Source: Desulfovibrionaceae bacterium
Lineage (GTDB): Bacteria; Desulfobacterota; Desulfovibrionia; Desulfovibrionales; Desulfovibrionaceae
Assembly (NCBI GenBank): GCA_029008115.1
Contig: JAQXJC010000049.1
Coordinates: 27,818-91,817 of the forward strand
DNA: 64,000 nt
Direction of reading: 5' to 3'
How positions within the stretch are numbered: position 1 is the stretch's first letter; every line of letters starts with the position of its first letter. Of this stretch, positions 32,757 to 40,860 are shown in pieces. The notes under the pieces are model-generated. The model saw only the letters and a program-made list of their open reading frames with translations. It was not told the DNA's origin and did no database searches. The position numbers and the translations under genes were made by a program.

Positions 32757-33494
32757 TCACAAAAATCTGCCGGTCAGCATGAGCGTCAGCAGCGCTGCCG
32801 TAAAGAGCGCCAGACGCGAGAGCTGAAGGCGGCCTACGCCCCATGCCGCTCCGGCCAGCAGGGCGGCGCCGGTGAGCAGAAGCGGCCAGGCTGTCTCCAG
32901 CCCGGGCGGGAGCAGCCGCCAGAACAGGACGGCCAGCAGCACGGCATTGACGGATTTCAGCCTGCCGGCCCAGTTGACAAGATCCAGCCGCCGCAGCCAC
33001 TGCAGGGCGCGCATGTTCTGGCGAAGCCCCAGAAAGAAGATGGCCGCACGGAATGCCGTGAGCGCGCATACCGCCAGCGCGGCCAGGGCCAGCGCCGCAG
33101 TTGTCCAGCCCTGAAGAATCAGCAGCGTGGTGCCGATGGCCCACATGGGCAGGAGCGTGCCGCTGAAGAATGCGTCGCCCAGTGCGGAAAGCGTGGGAGC
33201 AGTGGCATTCTTGAATGTTTTCAGCAGGGATTCCGGCAGCAGTCCGGCGGCAGCCTGCTCTTCCAGACTCAGCAGCATGCCGGCAAAGAGCGGCAGCAGA
33301 AAGGGATGCGTATTGGCATGCTCGGCATACCGGCCCAGCGCGGCGGCAAGACGCTCCTCTTCGGGATAGAGTTCGCGCAGTCCGGGTTCCAGCACGAACA
33401 GCAGCCCGATCTCCTGCATGCCGCGCGTGCTGTTGGCGGCGTTCACGAACCATGTGCGCAGCAGGCAGCTGCATGTTGCGCGGGTGCTGAGCAT
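32757..33494 (-). CDS. PTS mannose-family IID-like membrane protein (orphan)
   Basis: 245 aa. The N-terminus (RTWFVNAANSTRGMQEIGLLFVLEP...LY) resembles the IID signature region. Several TM helices. No IIA/IIB/IIC genes in the window. Confidence 0.6.
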   Translation of the reverse strand: MLSTRATCSCLLRTWFVNAANSTRGMQEIGLLFVLEPGLRELYPEEERLAAALGRYAEHANTHPFLLPLFAGMLLSLEEQAAAGLLPESLLKTFKNATAPTLSALGDAFFSGTLLPMWAIGTTLLILQGWTTAALALAALAVCALTAFRAAIFFLGLRQNMRALQWLRRLDLVNWAGRLKSVNAVLLAVLFWRLLPPGLETAWPLLLTGAALLAGAAWGVGRLQLSRLALFTAALLTLMLTGRFL

Positions 33495-33503
33495 GATGGC
33501 TCC

Positions 33504-34340
33504 CTAGTGTTCCAGCTCGGTCATGAGCAGGTACAGTTCTTTGCCGGTCCAGCCGGCCACGTGCTGCTGCGCGCGGCGGGCAATGTCGCGGGGTTTGCCA
33601 CCGCGCGCGCTTTCCTCCGCCAGCAGGCGCAGAACGTCATCGCGCGGGGTGCGGCCGGTTCCTTCCGGCGGCCCGATGATCACGGTAATCTCGCCCAGCA
33701 GGCCGTCAGGCACGTCCGCATGTTTTTCCAGCCGCCCAAGTATAAATTCTTCATGCTCTTTGGTCAATTCCCGGCAAATGGCGAGCTCGCGGGGGCCCAG
33801 CAGGGCGTGCGCGGCGGCCAGAGTGGCCTTGAGCCTGTCCTTGCGCTCGAAGAAGACCAGCGTGCAGGGCGCCTGCGCGAAGGGGGCCAGGGTTTTTTCC
33901 TGTTCGGCCCTGTCCCGGGGCAGGAAGCCGAAGAAGGTGAAGGGCTGCGGGGCTATGCCCGCTGCCGAGAGCGCCGCCACCGGAGCGCAGGGACCGGGAA
34001 CCATGGAGACGCGGATGCCGGCCTCGCGGCAGGCGCGCACCAGCCTGTATCCCGGATCGGCCATGAGCGGCGTCCCCGCATCGGAAATATAGGCCGCCGT
34101 CCTGCCCGCCAGCAGCTCGCGGATGATGCCGGCGGCCTTGTCGGCCTCATTGTGATCATGGCAGGACACAAAGCGCGTGACGGATACCCCGCAGCGCTGG
34201 CACAGCAGGCCGGCCCGGCGCGTGTCCTCCGCCAGTACAAAGTCGGCAGCTTCCAGAACCGCTCTGGCGCGGGGAGAAAGATCACCAGGGTTGCCAAGCG
34301 GCGTGGCTACCATCCACAAACGGGGAGACGTCAACGGCAT
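33504..34340 (-). CDS. rsmI: 16S rRNA (cytidine1402-2'-O)-methyltransferase RsmI
   Basis: 278 aa. Tetrapyrrole-methylase fold motifs (ATPLGNPGDLS, AEDTR, SDAGTP). The start region overlaps the yraN 3' end. Confidence 0.85.
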   Translation of the reverse strand: MPLTSPRLWMVATPLGNPGDLSPRARAVLEAADFVLAEDTRRAGLLCQRCGVSVTRFVSCHDHNEADKAAGIIRELLAGRTAAYISDAGTPLMADPGYRLVRACREAGIRVSMVPGPCAPVAALSAAGIAPQPFTFFGFLPRDRAEQEKTLAPFAQAPCTLVFFERKDRLKATLAAAHALLGPRELAICRELTKEHEEFILGRLEKHADVPDGLLGEITVIIGPPEGTGRTPRDDVLRLLAEESARGGKPRDIARRAQQHVAGWTGKELYLLMTELEH

Positions 34341-34659
34341 CGGCTATATGCTCCACGGTAAGGGTGTCGGCGTGGCGGATAACGCATACCACGTCAAAAC
34401 GGCAGTTTTCATGCCATGCCTCGTGCTCATCCAGCCAGAGCCGCGCGGCCTGAAAGAGGGCGCGGCGCTTGGCCGGGGTCACAGCTTCGGCGGGGGAGGC
34501 CAGACTGCCCGTGCTCCGGGTCTTGACCTCGACAAAGACCAGTGTGTCGCCGTCACGGCAGACCATGTCCAGTTCCAGCCGCCCCCGGCGCCAGTTCCGG
34601 GCCAGAATGCGGAAGCCGGCGGCCCGGAGATGCCCGGCGGCGGCCTCCTCGCCCGCCAT
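34282..34659 (-). CDS. yraN: UPF0102 YraN-family endonuclease-like protein
   Basis: G..GE..A..L motif (MAGEEAAAGHLRAAGFRILARNWR), ELD.V, VFVEVKTR. ATG at 34659. A GTG at 34707 overlapping the rnhB stop is an alternative start. Confidence 0.75.
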   Translation of the reverse strand: MAGEEAAAGHLRAAGFRILARNWRRGRLELDMVCRDGDTLVFVEVKTRSTGSLASPAEAVTPAKRRALFQAARLWLDEHEAWHENCRFDVVCVIRHADTLTVEHIADAVDVSPFVDGSHAAWQPW

Positions 34660-34700
34660 GCCCAGCTGCCGGCTCGCATCAGCGCGGCGGACGGCCTTGC

Positions 34701-35396
34701 TCAGCACAGCAGGCCCTGCACCGGCGCGGCCGCAGGCTTCACACCGGCGAAGGTCATGCGGTGCTGCGGACAGGGGCCCAGTTCCTGAATGCGGCGCAGG
34801 TGCTCCCTTGTGCCGTATCCCTTGTGGGCGGAAAAGCCATAGCCTGGCCAGCGCCGATCCAGAGCGCGCATGAGCTGATCCCGATATGTCTTGGCCAGGA
34901 TGGATGCCGCGGAGATGGCGGGCATGAGCGCGTCTCCCTTCACGAGGCATTCCTGCCGGGGAAGCTCCCCTGCATGTCCCCTGCGCCAGTGCGCATCCAG
35001 CACGGCCGGCGGCACGGTTTTGTTGCCGTCAATGACAAGCAGTTCCGGCGCGGTACGCAGCGCGCAGACGGCGCGGCTCATGGCATGAAAGGTGGCCTGG
35101 AGGATGTTGCGCCGGTCTATTTCCGGCGGCCAGATAACGCCCAGCCCCCAGGCAATGGCACAGGCGCGGATTTTGGGCGCAAGCTCGTTGCGGCGGGCTT
35201 CGGTCAGGGCCTTGGAGTCGCCCAGGCCGGGGAGATCATACTTCCACGGCAGGATGACGGCGCCGGCCACCACCGGCCCGGCGAGGCAGCCGCGTCCGGC
35301 CTCGTCCACGCCAGCCACCAGACGAGCGGCACGCGGTGCAAAGCCGGCTATGTCCAGCAGTGCGACAGGAGCGCGGGGGGAACGGCGCGGGGGCAT
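34701..35396 (-). CDS. rnhB: Ribonuclease HII
   Basis: ATG 35396 with AAGGAAG upstream (the track start 35462 is GTG and lies inside a hairpin). [16 protein letters not shown] and DSK motifs. Confidence 0.9.
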   Translation of the reverse strand: MPPRRSPRAPVALLDIAGFAPRAARLVAGVDEAGRGCLAGPVVAGAVILPWKYDLPGLGDSKALTEARRNELAPKIRACAIAWGLGVIWPPEIDRRNILQATFHAMSRAVCALRTAPELLVIDGNKTVPPAVLDAHWRRGHAGELPRQECLVKGDALMPAISAASILAKTYRDQLMRALDRRWPGYGFSAHKGYGTREHLRRIQELGPCPQHRMTFAGVKPAAAPVQGLLC

Positions 35397-35442
35397 GGGG
35401 CTTCCTTTGCCGGCGCTGTGCGGCGGGTAAGAATGGCGGAAA

Positions 35443-35468
35443 GGGAGGACGGCAAATGCCACCCTCCC
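35443..35468 (-). terminator. Hairpin/attenuator downstream of rplS
   Basis: On the minus strand GGGAGG-G-TGGCA-TT-TGCC-GT-CCTCCC followed by TTTCC, 53 nt after the rplS stop. Confidence 0.35.
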
Positions 35469-35520
35469 TGAAAAATCAATGCTGCTCGCGTCTCACGCGG
35501 CCGGCATCCCGGCGCGTCTG

Positions 35521-35868
35521 CTAGCGCATGCCGCGGGGCTTGATGCGGGCGGCCTTGCCGCGCAGGTTGCGGAGGTAGTACAGACGGCTGCGACGCACGC
35601 GGCCGGCGGTGACGACTTCCACGTGATCAATGAAGGGGGAGTGCATGGGGAAGATGCGTTCCACGCCCACGCCGTCAGACACCTTGCGGACGGTGAAGCT
35701 GCTGCCGGTGGTGCCGCGCTGGATGCGGATCACATTGCCCTGGAAGACCTGGATGCGTTCCTTTTCGCCTTCAACAATGCGGACATGCACCTTGACGTTG
35801 TCGCCGGAGCGGAACGCGGGGATGTCCATACGCATATTTTCAAGTTCAATCTTTTTAATGATGTCCAT
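35521..35868 (-). CDS. rplS: 50S ribosomal protein L19
   Basis: 115 aa. ...[18 protein letters not shown]...ERIQVFQG.... AAGGAG RBS. Confidence 0.95.
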   Translation of the reverse strand: MDIIKKIELENMRMDIPAFRSGDNVKVHVRIVEGEKERIQVFQGNVIRIQRGTTGSSFTVRKVSDGVGVERIFPMHSPFIDHVEVVTAGRVRRSRLYYLRNLRGKAARIKPRGMR

Positions 35869-35939
35869 TTGTTACTCCTTTTCGCAGCGGCATGAGACGC
35901 TGGGCTGGTCAGCGGTTGTACTAGTTTCCGCTGTCGGGG

Positions 35940-37235
35940 TCAAGCGAAGTCCCCAAGAATTCTGTCCAAAGTTATGGCTGCGGCGGCGCGTACTGAAAGA
36001 TGGTTGTAGCCGCCTGAAAATCGCAGCGGGCGCAGCCGGCCGTCGCACTGCGCAAGCGCCTCCGGCGCGAGTCCGCGGCCTGTGCCGAAGCAGAGGAGCA
36101 CAGGTTCGGAACGCAGCCATTCCCGCACCTGCACTGGCGGGATGGAGGGCGCTTCCTGCTTGCGGGGCCATTGGGCGGAGGTCGCCAGCACGCGCGGACG
36201 CATACCCGTGCGGGCGGCCACATCCTCGATGGCCTCCTCAATCACACGCACATGGCGCACAAGGCGGAGCGCTTCGGCTCTGTCCGGGAGGTGCGCGGCG
36301 GCGGGGCCTGCCGTCCAGTGCCGCAGAATGTCGGACAGCACGCGGGCCTGATCCTCCAGCGGCGTGGCGACGTAGAAGCCGCCAAGGCCATAGGTGCGTG
36401 AAGTGCGGGCTATATCGTGAATATCAAGATTTGTCAAAGAGGAAGCGCCGGGATTTTTTCCGCCGAGCAGCACGGGATAGTGCACAAGGCAGGCAAAAAG
36501 GTTGTGTCCGGGCCGCAGCCAGGGCCGGCTTTCCAGCCAGGCGGCGTCCTCGGCGCTGAGGGGAGCCTCCTCCAGCAGATCGGGACGGTGTTCCAGTGTC
36601 ATGCGCAGGGATTCCTGCCTGCGCCAGGCGGCGATGGCGGCGTGATTGCCGCCGCGCAGCACGTCCGGCACGGGACGGCCCTCCCACACTTCCGGGCGGG
36701 TGTACTGCGGATATTCCAGCAGCCCGTGCGAAAAGCTCTCGTCCTCGCCGGAGGCTTCCTTGCCCATGAAGCCGGGCACCAGCCGGGAAACGGCCTCTAT
36801 GACTGCCAGCGAAGCCGTTTCGCCGCCATTGAGCACCACATCGCCCACGCTGACTGGTTCCAGCGGAAAGGCGTCGAAGAGCCTGCCGTCCAGACCTTCA
36901 TAGCGGCCGCAGATGATGGTGACGTTCTCTTCCTGAGCCAGCTCCCGGGCCAGGGTCTGCGTGAAGGGCCGTCCGCTGGGCGCCATGACCAGCATGCGCC
37001 CCGGCCGGGGGATTTCCCGCAGGCTGGCGGCCAGTGTTTCGGCCAGCATGACCATGCCCGGCCCGCCGCCATAGGGACGATCGTCCGTGGTGCGGTGCCG
37101 GTCGCAGGCGTGATCGCGTGGGTCGTGTCTGCTGAAGGCGATGAGGCCGGCTTCCTGCGCCTTGGCCATGAGGGCCGTGGACAGGGGGGAATTATAGAAT
37201 TCGGGAAAGAGCGAGACGAGATGGAAGTGCAACAT
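35940..37235 (-). CDS. trmD: tRNA (guanine37-N1)-methyltransferase TrmD fused to a C-terminal roughly 190-aa putative second methyltransferase-like domain
   Basis: ATG 37235 (MLHFHLVSLFPEF...), giving 431 aa. TrmD motifs (RPYGGGPGMV, IICGRYEGLD, VLNGGE) in aa 1-236. aa 244-431 (LVHYPVLLGG...TNLDIHDIAR...GGYNHLSVRAA) is an extra domain. Confidence 0.85.
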   Translation of the reverse strand: MLHFHLVSLFPEFYNSPLSTALMAKAQEAGLIAFSRHDPRDHACDRHRTTDDRPYGGGPGMVMLAETLAASLREIPRPGRMLVMAPSGRPFTQTLARELAQEENVTIICGRYEGLDGRLFDAFPLEPVSVGDVVLNGGETASLAVIEAVSRLVPGFMGKEASGEDESFSHGLLEYPQYTRPEVWEGRPVPDVLRGGNHAAIAAWRRQESLRMTLEHRPDLLEEAPLSAEDAAWLESRPWLRPGHNLFACLVHYPVLLGGKNPGASSLTNLDIHDIARTSRTYGLGGFYVATPLEDQARVLSDILRHWTAGPAAAHLPDRAEALRLVRHVRVIEEAIEDVAARTGMRPRVLATSAQWPRKQEAPSIPPVQVREWLRSEPVLLCFGTGRGLAPEALAQCDGRLRPLRFSGGYNHLSVRAAAAITLDRILGDFA

Positions 37236-37292
37236 GTCCCCATTCTGCGCTAAAGCGCGGCGGCTGGCAAGCGCAATCGGCATGGGAAAGGC

Positions 37293-37326
37293 GCACGGCG
37301 GCGGGTTGTATCTCCCGTCGCCGTGC
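37293..37326 (-). terminator. 8-bp perfect hairpin between the flavoprotein gene and trmD
   Basis: GCACGGCG-N18-CGCCGTGC. No strong T-run (GCCTTTCCC on the minus strand). Confidence 0.3.
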
Positions 37327-37334
37327 GGAGCGGA

Positions 37335-37949
37335 CTAGCTGATGAAGTTCGTCTTGATTTTGGGTTCGTCGGCAGGGGCGGGAATCGCAGCGGCAGCCAT
37401 GCTCTTCAGCATCCAGGCCATGTTGGCGCCGAGGGCGCGCATGGTCTGCATGCCTTCCAGATCCTTGCGCACTTCGTCCGGCGTCAGCCCGTGGGTGGAA
37501 TTCCAGTAGCGGGAGGAGACCACGGGCATCTGATTGATGGTGAAGTATTTGTTCAGACGATCGAAGGCTGCGCTTGCGCCGCCCCGGCGGCAGTTGACCA
37601 CAGCGGCCCCCGGCTTGCCGGCAAGGAGGCTCCCGGCGGCGTAGAACAGGCGGTCGAGGAAGGCGCAGAGGGAGCCTGCGGGCCCGGCGTAATACACCGG
37701 AGAACCAATGACCACGCCATCGGCCTGCGCGAGCAGTTCCACACAGGAGGTCATGGGAGCATCATTGAGGACGCAGCGTCCCAGTTCGCGGCATTTGCCG
37801 CAGGCCATGCAGCCGGCTACAGGCCCGGCGCCCAGATGGAAGAAGGTGGTCTGCACGCCGCCGGCCTGAAGGCTTGCGGCCACTTCGGAAAGCGCGGTGA
37901 AGGTGCAGCCGTTCTTATGCGGGCTGCCGTTGATCAACAGTACGTTCAT
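37335..37949 (-). CDS. Flavodoxin-like NAD(P)H-dependent FMN reductase / iron-sulfur flavoprotein-like protein
   Basis: 204 aa. LLINGSPHKNG, a Cys cluster (CMACGKC...C) as in Isf-type flavoproteins, SPVYY. Confidence 0.7.
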   Translation of the reverse strand: MNVLLINGSPHKNGCTFTALSEVAASLQAGGVQTTFFHLGAGPVAGCMACGKCRELGRCVLNDAPMTSCVELLAQADGVVIGSPVYYAGPAGSLCAFLDRLFYAAGSLLAGKPGAAVVNCRRGGASAAFDRLNKYFTINQMPVVSSRYWNSTHGLTPDEVRKDLEGMQTMRALGANMAWMLKSMAAAAIPAPADEPKIKTNFIS

Positions 37950-37953
37950 GGGA

Positions 37954-38871
37954 TTACTCCTTGGCGGGATGCGGTTTTCCTGCCGGGCGGGAGGAAGACC
38001 GCTGTTCGGAAAGCGCGAGTCCGGCCAGCGTCATGAGAATGCCGGCCAGCGCCACGCCCGTGATGCGCTCATTCAGGATGATCACCGCCGCGATAACGGT
38101 GACGACGGGAATGAGATAAATATAGACACTGGTGCGGATGGCCCCCAGCACGCGCACGCACCAGTTCCACGACACGTAGCCCAGCGCCGAGGCCCCCATG
38201 CCCAGAAAAAGCAGATTGGCGGCGTTCTGCGGCCTGGCCATGCGTTCCCAGTCCAGGCCCGCGCCCAGAGCGGGAAGCAGGGGCGCAGTGAGCAGCAGGC
38301 CGTAGAGAAAGACGCGGCGCGTGCAGAGGATGGTGTTCTGGCGGAACGTTCCGATGCGGCACATCAGCACGGAGTAGCAGGCCCACGCCAGCGCCGCGCC
38401 GGCGGCCATCAGATCGCCCAGCGGGTTCAGGCGCAGGACCATGCTGCCGTTATAGAAGATAAGGCAGATGCCGGAAGCCGCAATGGCAAAGCCGCAGAAA
38501 AAGCGCAGGGTAAAGCGCTCGCCACGCAGAAAGGCATGGGCCAGCAGCGCCGTCAGAAAGGGGGAAATGGACACGATGATACCCACGTTGGAGGCGTAGG
38601 TGTGGGCAAGCGCGGTATTTTCCAGCAGGAAGTACAGCAGAACGCCGCACAGCCCCGCACCCATGTAGCAGATTTCCTGCCGCCATCCCTGCCAGGGGAA
38701 AAGACGGGGCATCACGGCCAGCAGGGTGCAGAAGCCAAGGAAAAAGCGGTAGGCAAGAATTTCCACGGGGGAAAAATCGTTGAGAAGAACCTTGGTCGCC
38801 ACAAATGTTGTCCCCCACATGATGATGGTCAGGAGGGCAAGGCAGTGGCCAAAGATGCGGGAATGCGACAT
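37954..38871 (-). CDS. EamA/DMT-family transporter (10 TM)
   Basis: ATG 38871 (MSHSRIFGHCLALLTIIMWGTTFVATK...), giving 305 aa. Two EamA repeats. The 183 upstream codons of the track ORF were rejected. Confidence 0.8.
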   Translation of the reverse strand: MSHSRIFGHCLALLTIIMWGTTFVATKVLLNDFSPVEILAYRFFLGFCTLLAVMPRLFPWQGWRQEICYMGAGLCGVLLYFLLENTALAHTYASNVGIIVSISPFLTALLAHAFLRGERFTLRFFCGFAIAASGICLIFYNGSMVLRLNPLGDLMAAGAALAWACYSVLMCRIGTFRQNTILCTRRVFLYGLLLTAPLLPALGAGLDWERMARPQNAANLLFLGMGASALGYVSWNWCVRVLGAIRTSVYIYLIPVVTVIAAVIILNERITGVALAGILMTLAGLALSEQRSSSRPAGKPHPAKE

Positions 38872-39005
38872 GGCTGCGATGCGGTTTGTGTGCCGCGGCA
38901 TGCGGCGTGCCTGCCGTTGTAGGCCAAGGGCGGGCGGATGGCAAGGAGGAGCCCCCCGCGTCTCTGCGGAGAGGCGCGAGGCCCGCGGACGGCGCCCGAG
39001 GCGGA

Positions 39006-40202
39006 TCAGATATTCCCGGGGCCGTGCTGCGCATCTTTCCGGTATGCGGGGCCGACAATGCGGACGAAGAAGGCGATGGCCCAGAGCAGCACGCCGGAGC
39101 CGCAGAGAAATACGGTGCCAAAGCTGAGAAGCTCCGCCGCGAAGCCGCCGGCAAACAGCGCGGCGGCAATGCCGGCATCCCACGAGATGAAGAAGCTGGA
39201 ATTGGCAACGCCGCGCTGATCCGGACGGGCAAGGTGAACAAACATGGTCTGTGCCGCGGGCATGATCACACCTATGCCCAGGCCCATGAGCGTGGCGGAG
39301 ACAAAGAATCCGGCAATGCCGTTCCAGAGGGGGATAATCGTTGACGACAGCATGATGAACGTCATGCCTGCTGTCATGACATGCAGCAGCTTGCCACCGT
39401 CGATGAGGCGGCCGGTACACATGCGGGTGATGACCATGCCGACCGCCATGACGCAGAAATACCAGCCGGCATTGATGTCCAGTCCCTGCTCCCGGACAAA
39501 GACGGAGATGTAGTTGAGAACCAGACCGTAGCAGAAGCTGGCGCAGGCCACGCTGAATGCGGCTCGTCCAGCGCGGGGCAGGAAGAAGCGCGCGGCAGGG
39601 CCCTTCCGCGCGTCGGCAGTATGGATGCGGGGAGCATGGGTGGCGGGGACGAACAGTCCCAGCAGGGCGCAGGCTGCGGCCAGGCCCAGGGCCGTCTGGA
39701 ATACGGCGTCCGGCGAAGTGTTTTCATAGAGCAGCAGCCCCAGCATGGGGCCAAGAGCCATGGAAACGGCTGTGGTCAGGCTGAAGATGCCTATGCCTGT
39801 GCCAAGGCGTTCGGCTGGCACGATATCGACCACCAGCGTGGACGAAGATGTGTTGTACAGGCCGAAGGCCATGCCATGCAGCGTGCGCAGTGCGCCGAGC
39901 AGCACCAGCTGGGTGATGCACAGATAGCCGGGAAAGACGCAGGCGAACAGGGCAGTGCAGGCGAGAAAGACGGGCTTGCGTGGAAAACTATCCACAATGA
40001 ACCCGGAAAGGGGGCGCACCAGCAGGGCGGCAAGGACATAGAGGGCCAGCAGAATGCCGGTGGCCGTTCTGCCTGCGTGCAGATCATGGAGCAGATAGAC
40101 CGGCAGTACCGGTATGAGCATGAAGAAGGCGGTGAAAGCCAGCAGATTGACGAGACAGAGCAGCAGAAATCCCCGGCTGAAGATGGACGGCTGTGTGGAC
40201 AT
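39006..40202 (-). CDS. MFS transporter
   Basis: ATG 40202 (MSTQPSIFSRGFLLLCLVNLL...), giving 398 aa and about 12 TM. The longer track ORF reads through tRNA-Leu and was rejected. Confidence 0.8.
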   Translation of the reverse strand: MSTQPSIFSRGFLLLCLVNLLAFTAFFMLIPVLPVYLLHDLHAGRTATGILLALYVLAALLVRPLSGFIVDSFPRKPVFLACTALFACVFPGYLCITQLVLLGALRTLHGMAFGLYNTSSSTLVVDIVPAERLGTGIGIFSLTTAVSMALGPMLGLLLYENTSPDAVFQTALGLAAACALLGLFVPATHAPRIHTADARKGPAARFFLPRAGRAAFSVACASFCYGLVLNYISVFVREQGLDINAGWYFCVMAVGMVITRMCTGRLIDGGKLLHVMTAGMTFIMLSSTIIPLWNGIAGFFVSATLMGLGIGVIMPAAQTMFVHLARPDQRGVANSSFFISWDAGIAAALFAGGFAAELLSFGTVFLCGSGVLLWAIAFFVRIVGPAYRKDAQHGPGNI

Positions 40203-40312
40203 GGCGCCTCCTGAACAGACCGCGGGACTGCCGCGGATGGGAGGAGGGCGGGGAAGCGGGGCCCCGGCATGCGCCCTTTGCGGCAGGAGGGATGAGCCCC
40301 CGGGTCTGAACG

Positions 40313-40341
40313 AAAAAAGGTCAGCATGTTCTGCTGACCTT
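40313..40341 (-). terminator. Rho-independent terminator after tRNA-Leu
   Basis: On the minus strand AAGGTCAGC-[AGAACAT]-GCTGACCTT followed by TTTTTT. Confidence 0.65.
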
Positions 40342-40355
40342 TCAGTTCTTTCTGA

Positions 40356-40442
40356 TGGTGCCGAAGGGGAGAGTCGAACTCCCACCCCGTTGCCAGGACT
40401 AGACCCTGAACCTAGCGTGTCTACCAATTCCACCACTTCGGC
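40356..40442 (-). tRNA. tRNA-Leu (anticodon CAG), CCA encoded
   Basis: GCCGAAG...CTTCGGC acceptor stem, long variable arm, anticodon loop TTCAGGG, GGTTCGACTCC-type T arm. 87 nt. Confidence 0.9.
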
Positions 40443-40451
40443 ACAGGGAAG

Positions 40452-40480
40452 TAACTACAGAAAACAGCCTTGCATGGCAA
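40452..40480 (-). promoter_or_regulatory. Promoter candidate for tRNA-Leu with an A/T-rich UP-like region upstream
   Basis: On the minus strand TTGCCA-N17-TAGTTA ends 9 nt before the mature tRNA 5' end. 40481-40510 is almost pure A/T. Confidence 0.3.
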
Positions 40481-40810
40481 GCGTTTTTTTCAAATTTTGA
40501 AAATTTTTTCATGCGCGTGTATCACAGCTGTATGCAGGAATGTTATAATATATTGAATATACTAATTTTTTTATATATTGCCATTGTCTGGCGATGGGGA
40601 CGGACTTTCTTTGACGGGTATGGTTTCATGCTGGCTGTAGCAGGCATGGGCCTGCCTGCCGTATCCTTCCGGGAAAATCCGCGGGAGGAGCCGTTGCGCA
40701 TGGGAAGGAGCAAGAGAAGGGCGGAAGTAGCGGGAGCCCTTCCAGCGCGGAGGCCTGCGAGGAGTGCGCATCCTCCGGCCAGAAGCACAATGCGGCCGGA
40801 TAGTACAAGA

Positions 40811-40832
40811 GAGGGGAGCCGAAGCTCCCCTC
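40811..40832 (-). terminator. Terminator hairpin after the DsrK-like gene
   Basis: Perfect GAGGGGAGC-[4 nt]-GCTCCCCTC, 28 nt after the stop. The trailing TCTTGT is only moderately T-rich. Confidence 0.5.
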
Positions 40833-40860
40833 CCGTCAGCTCAAAAGCGGCTGCTACGGC

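Noticed and set aside
39006-40436. 476-aa version of the MFS ORF with an N-terminal MVELVDTLGSGSSPGNG... extension.
   Set aside because: The extension is the translation of tRNA-Leu (40356-40442) and its terminator. The MFS protein starts at ATG 40202.
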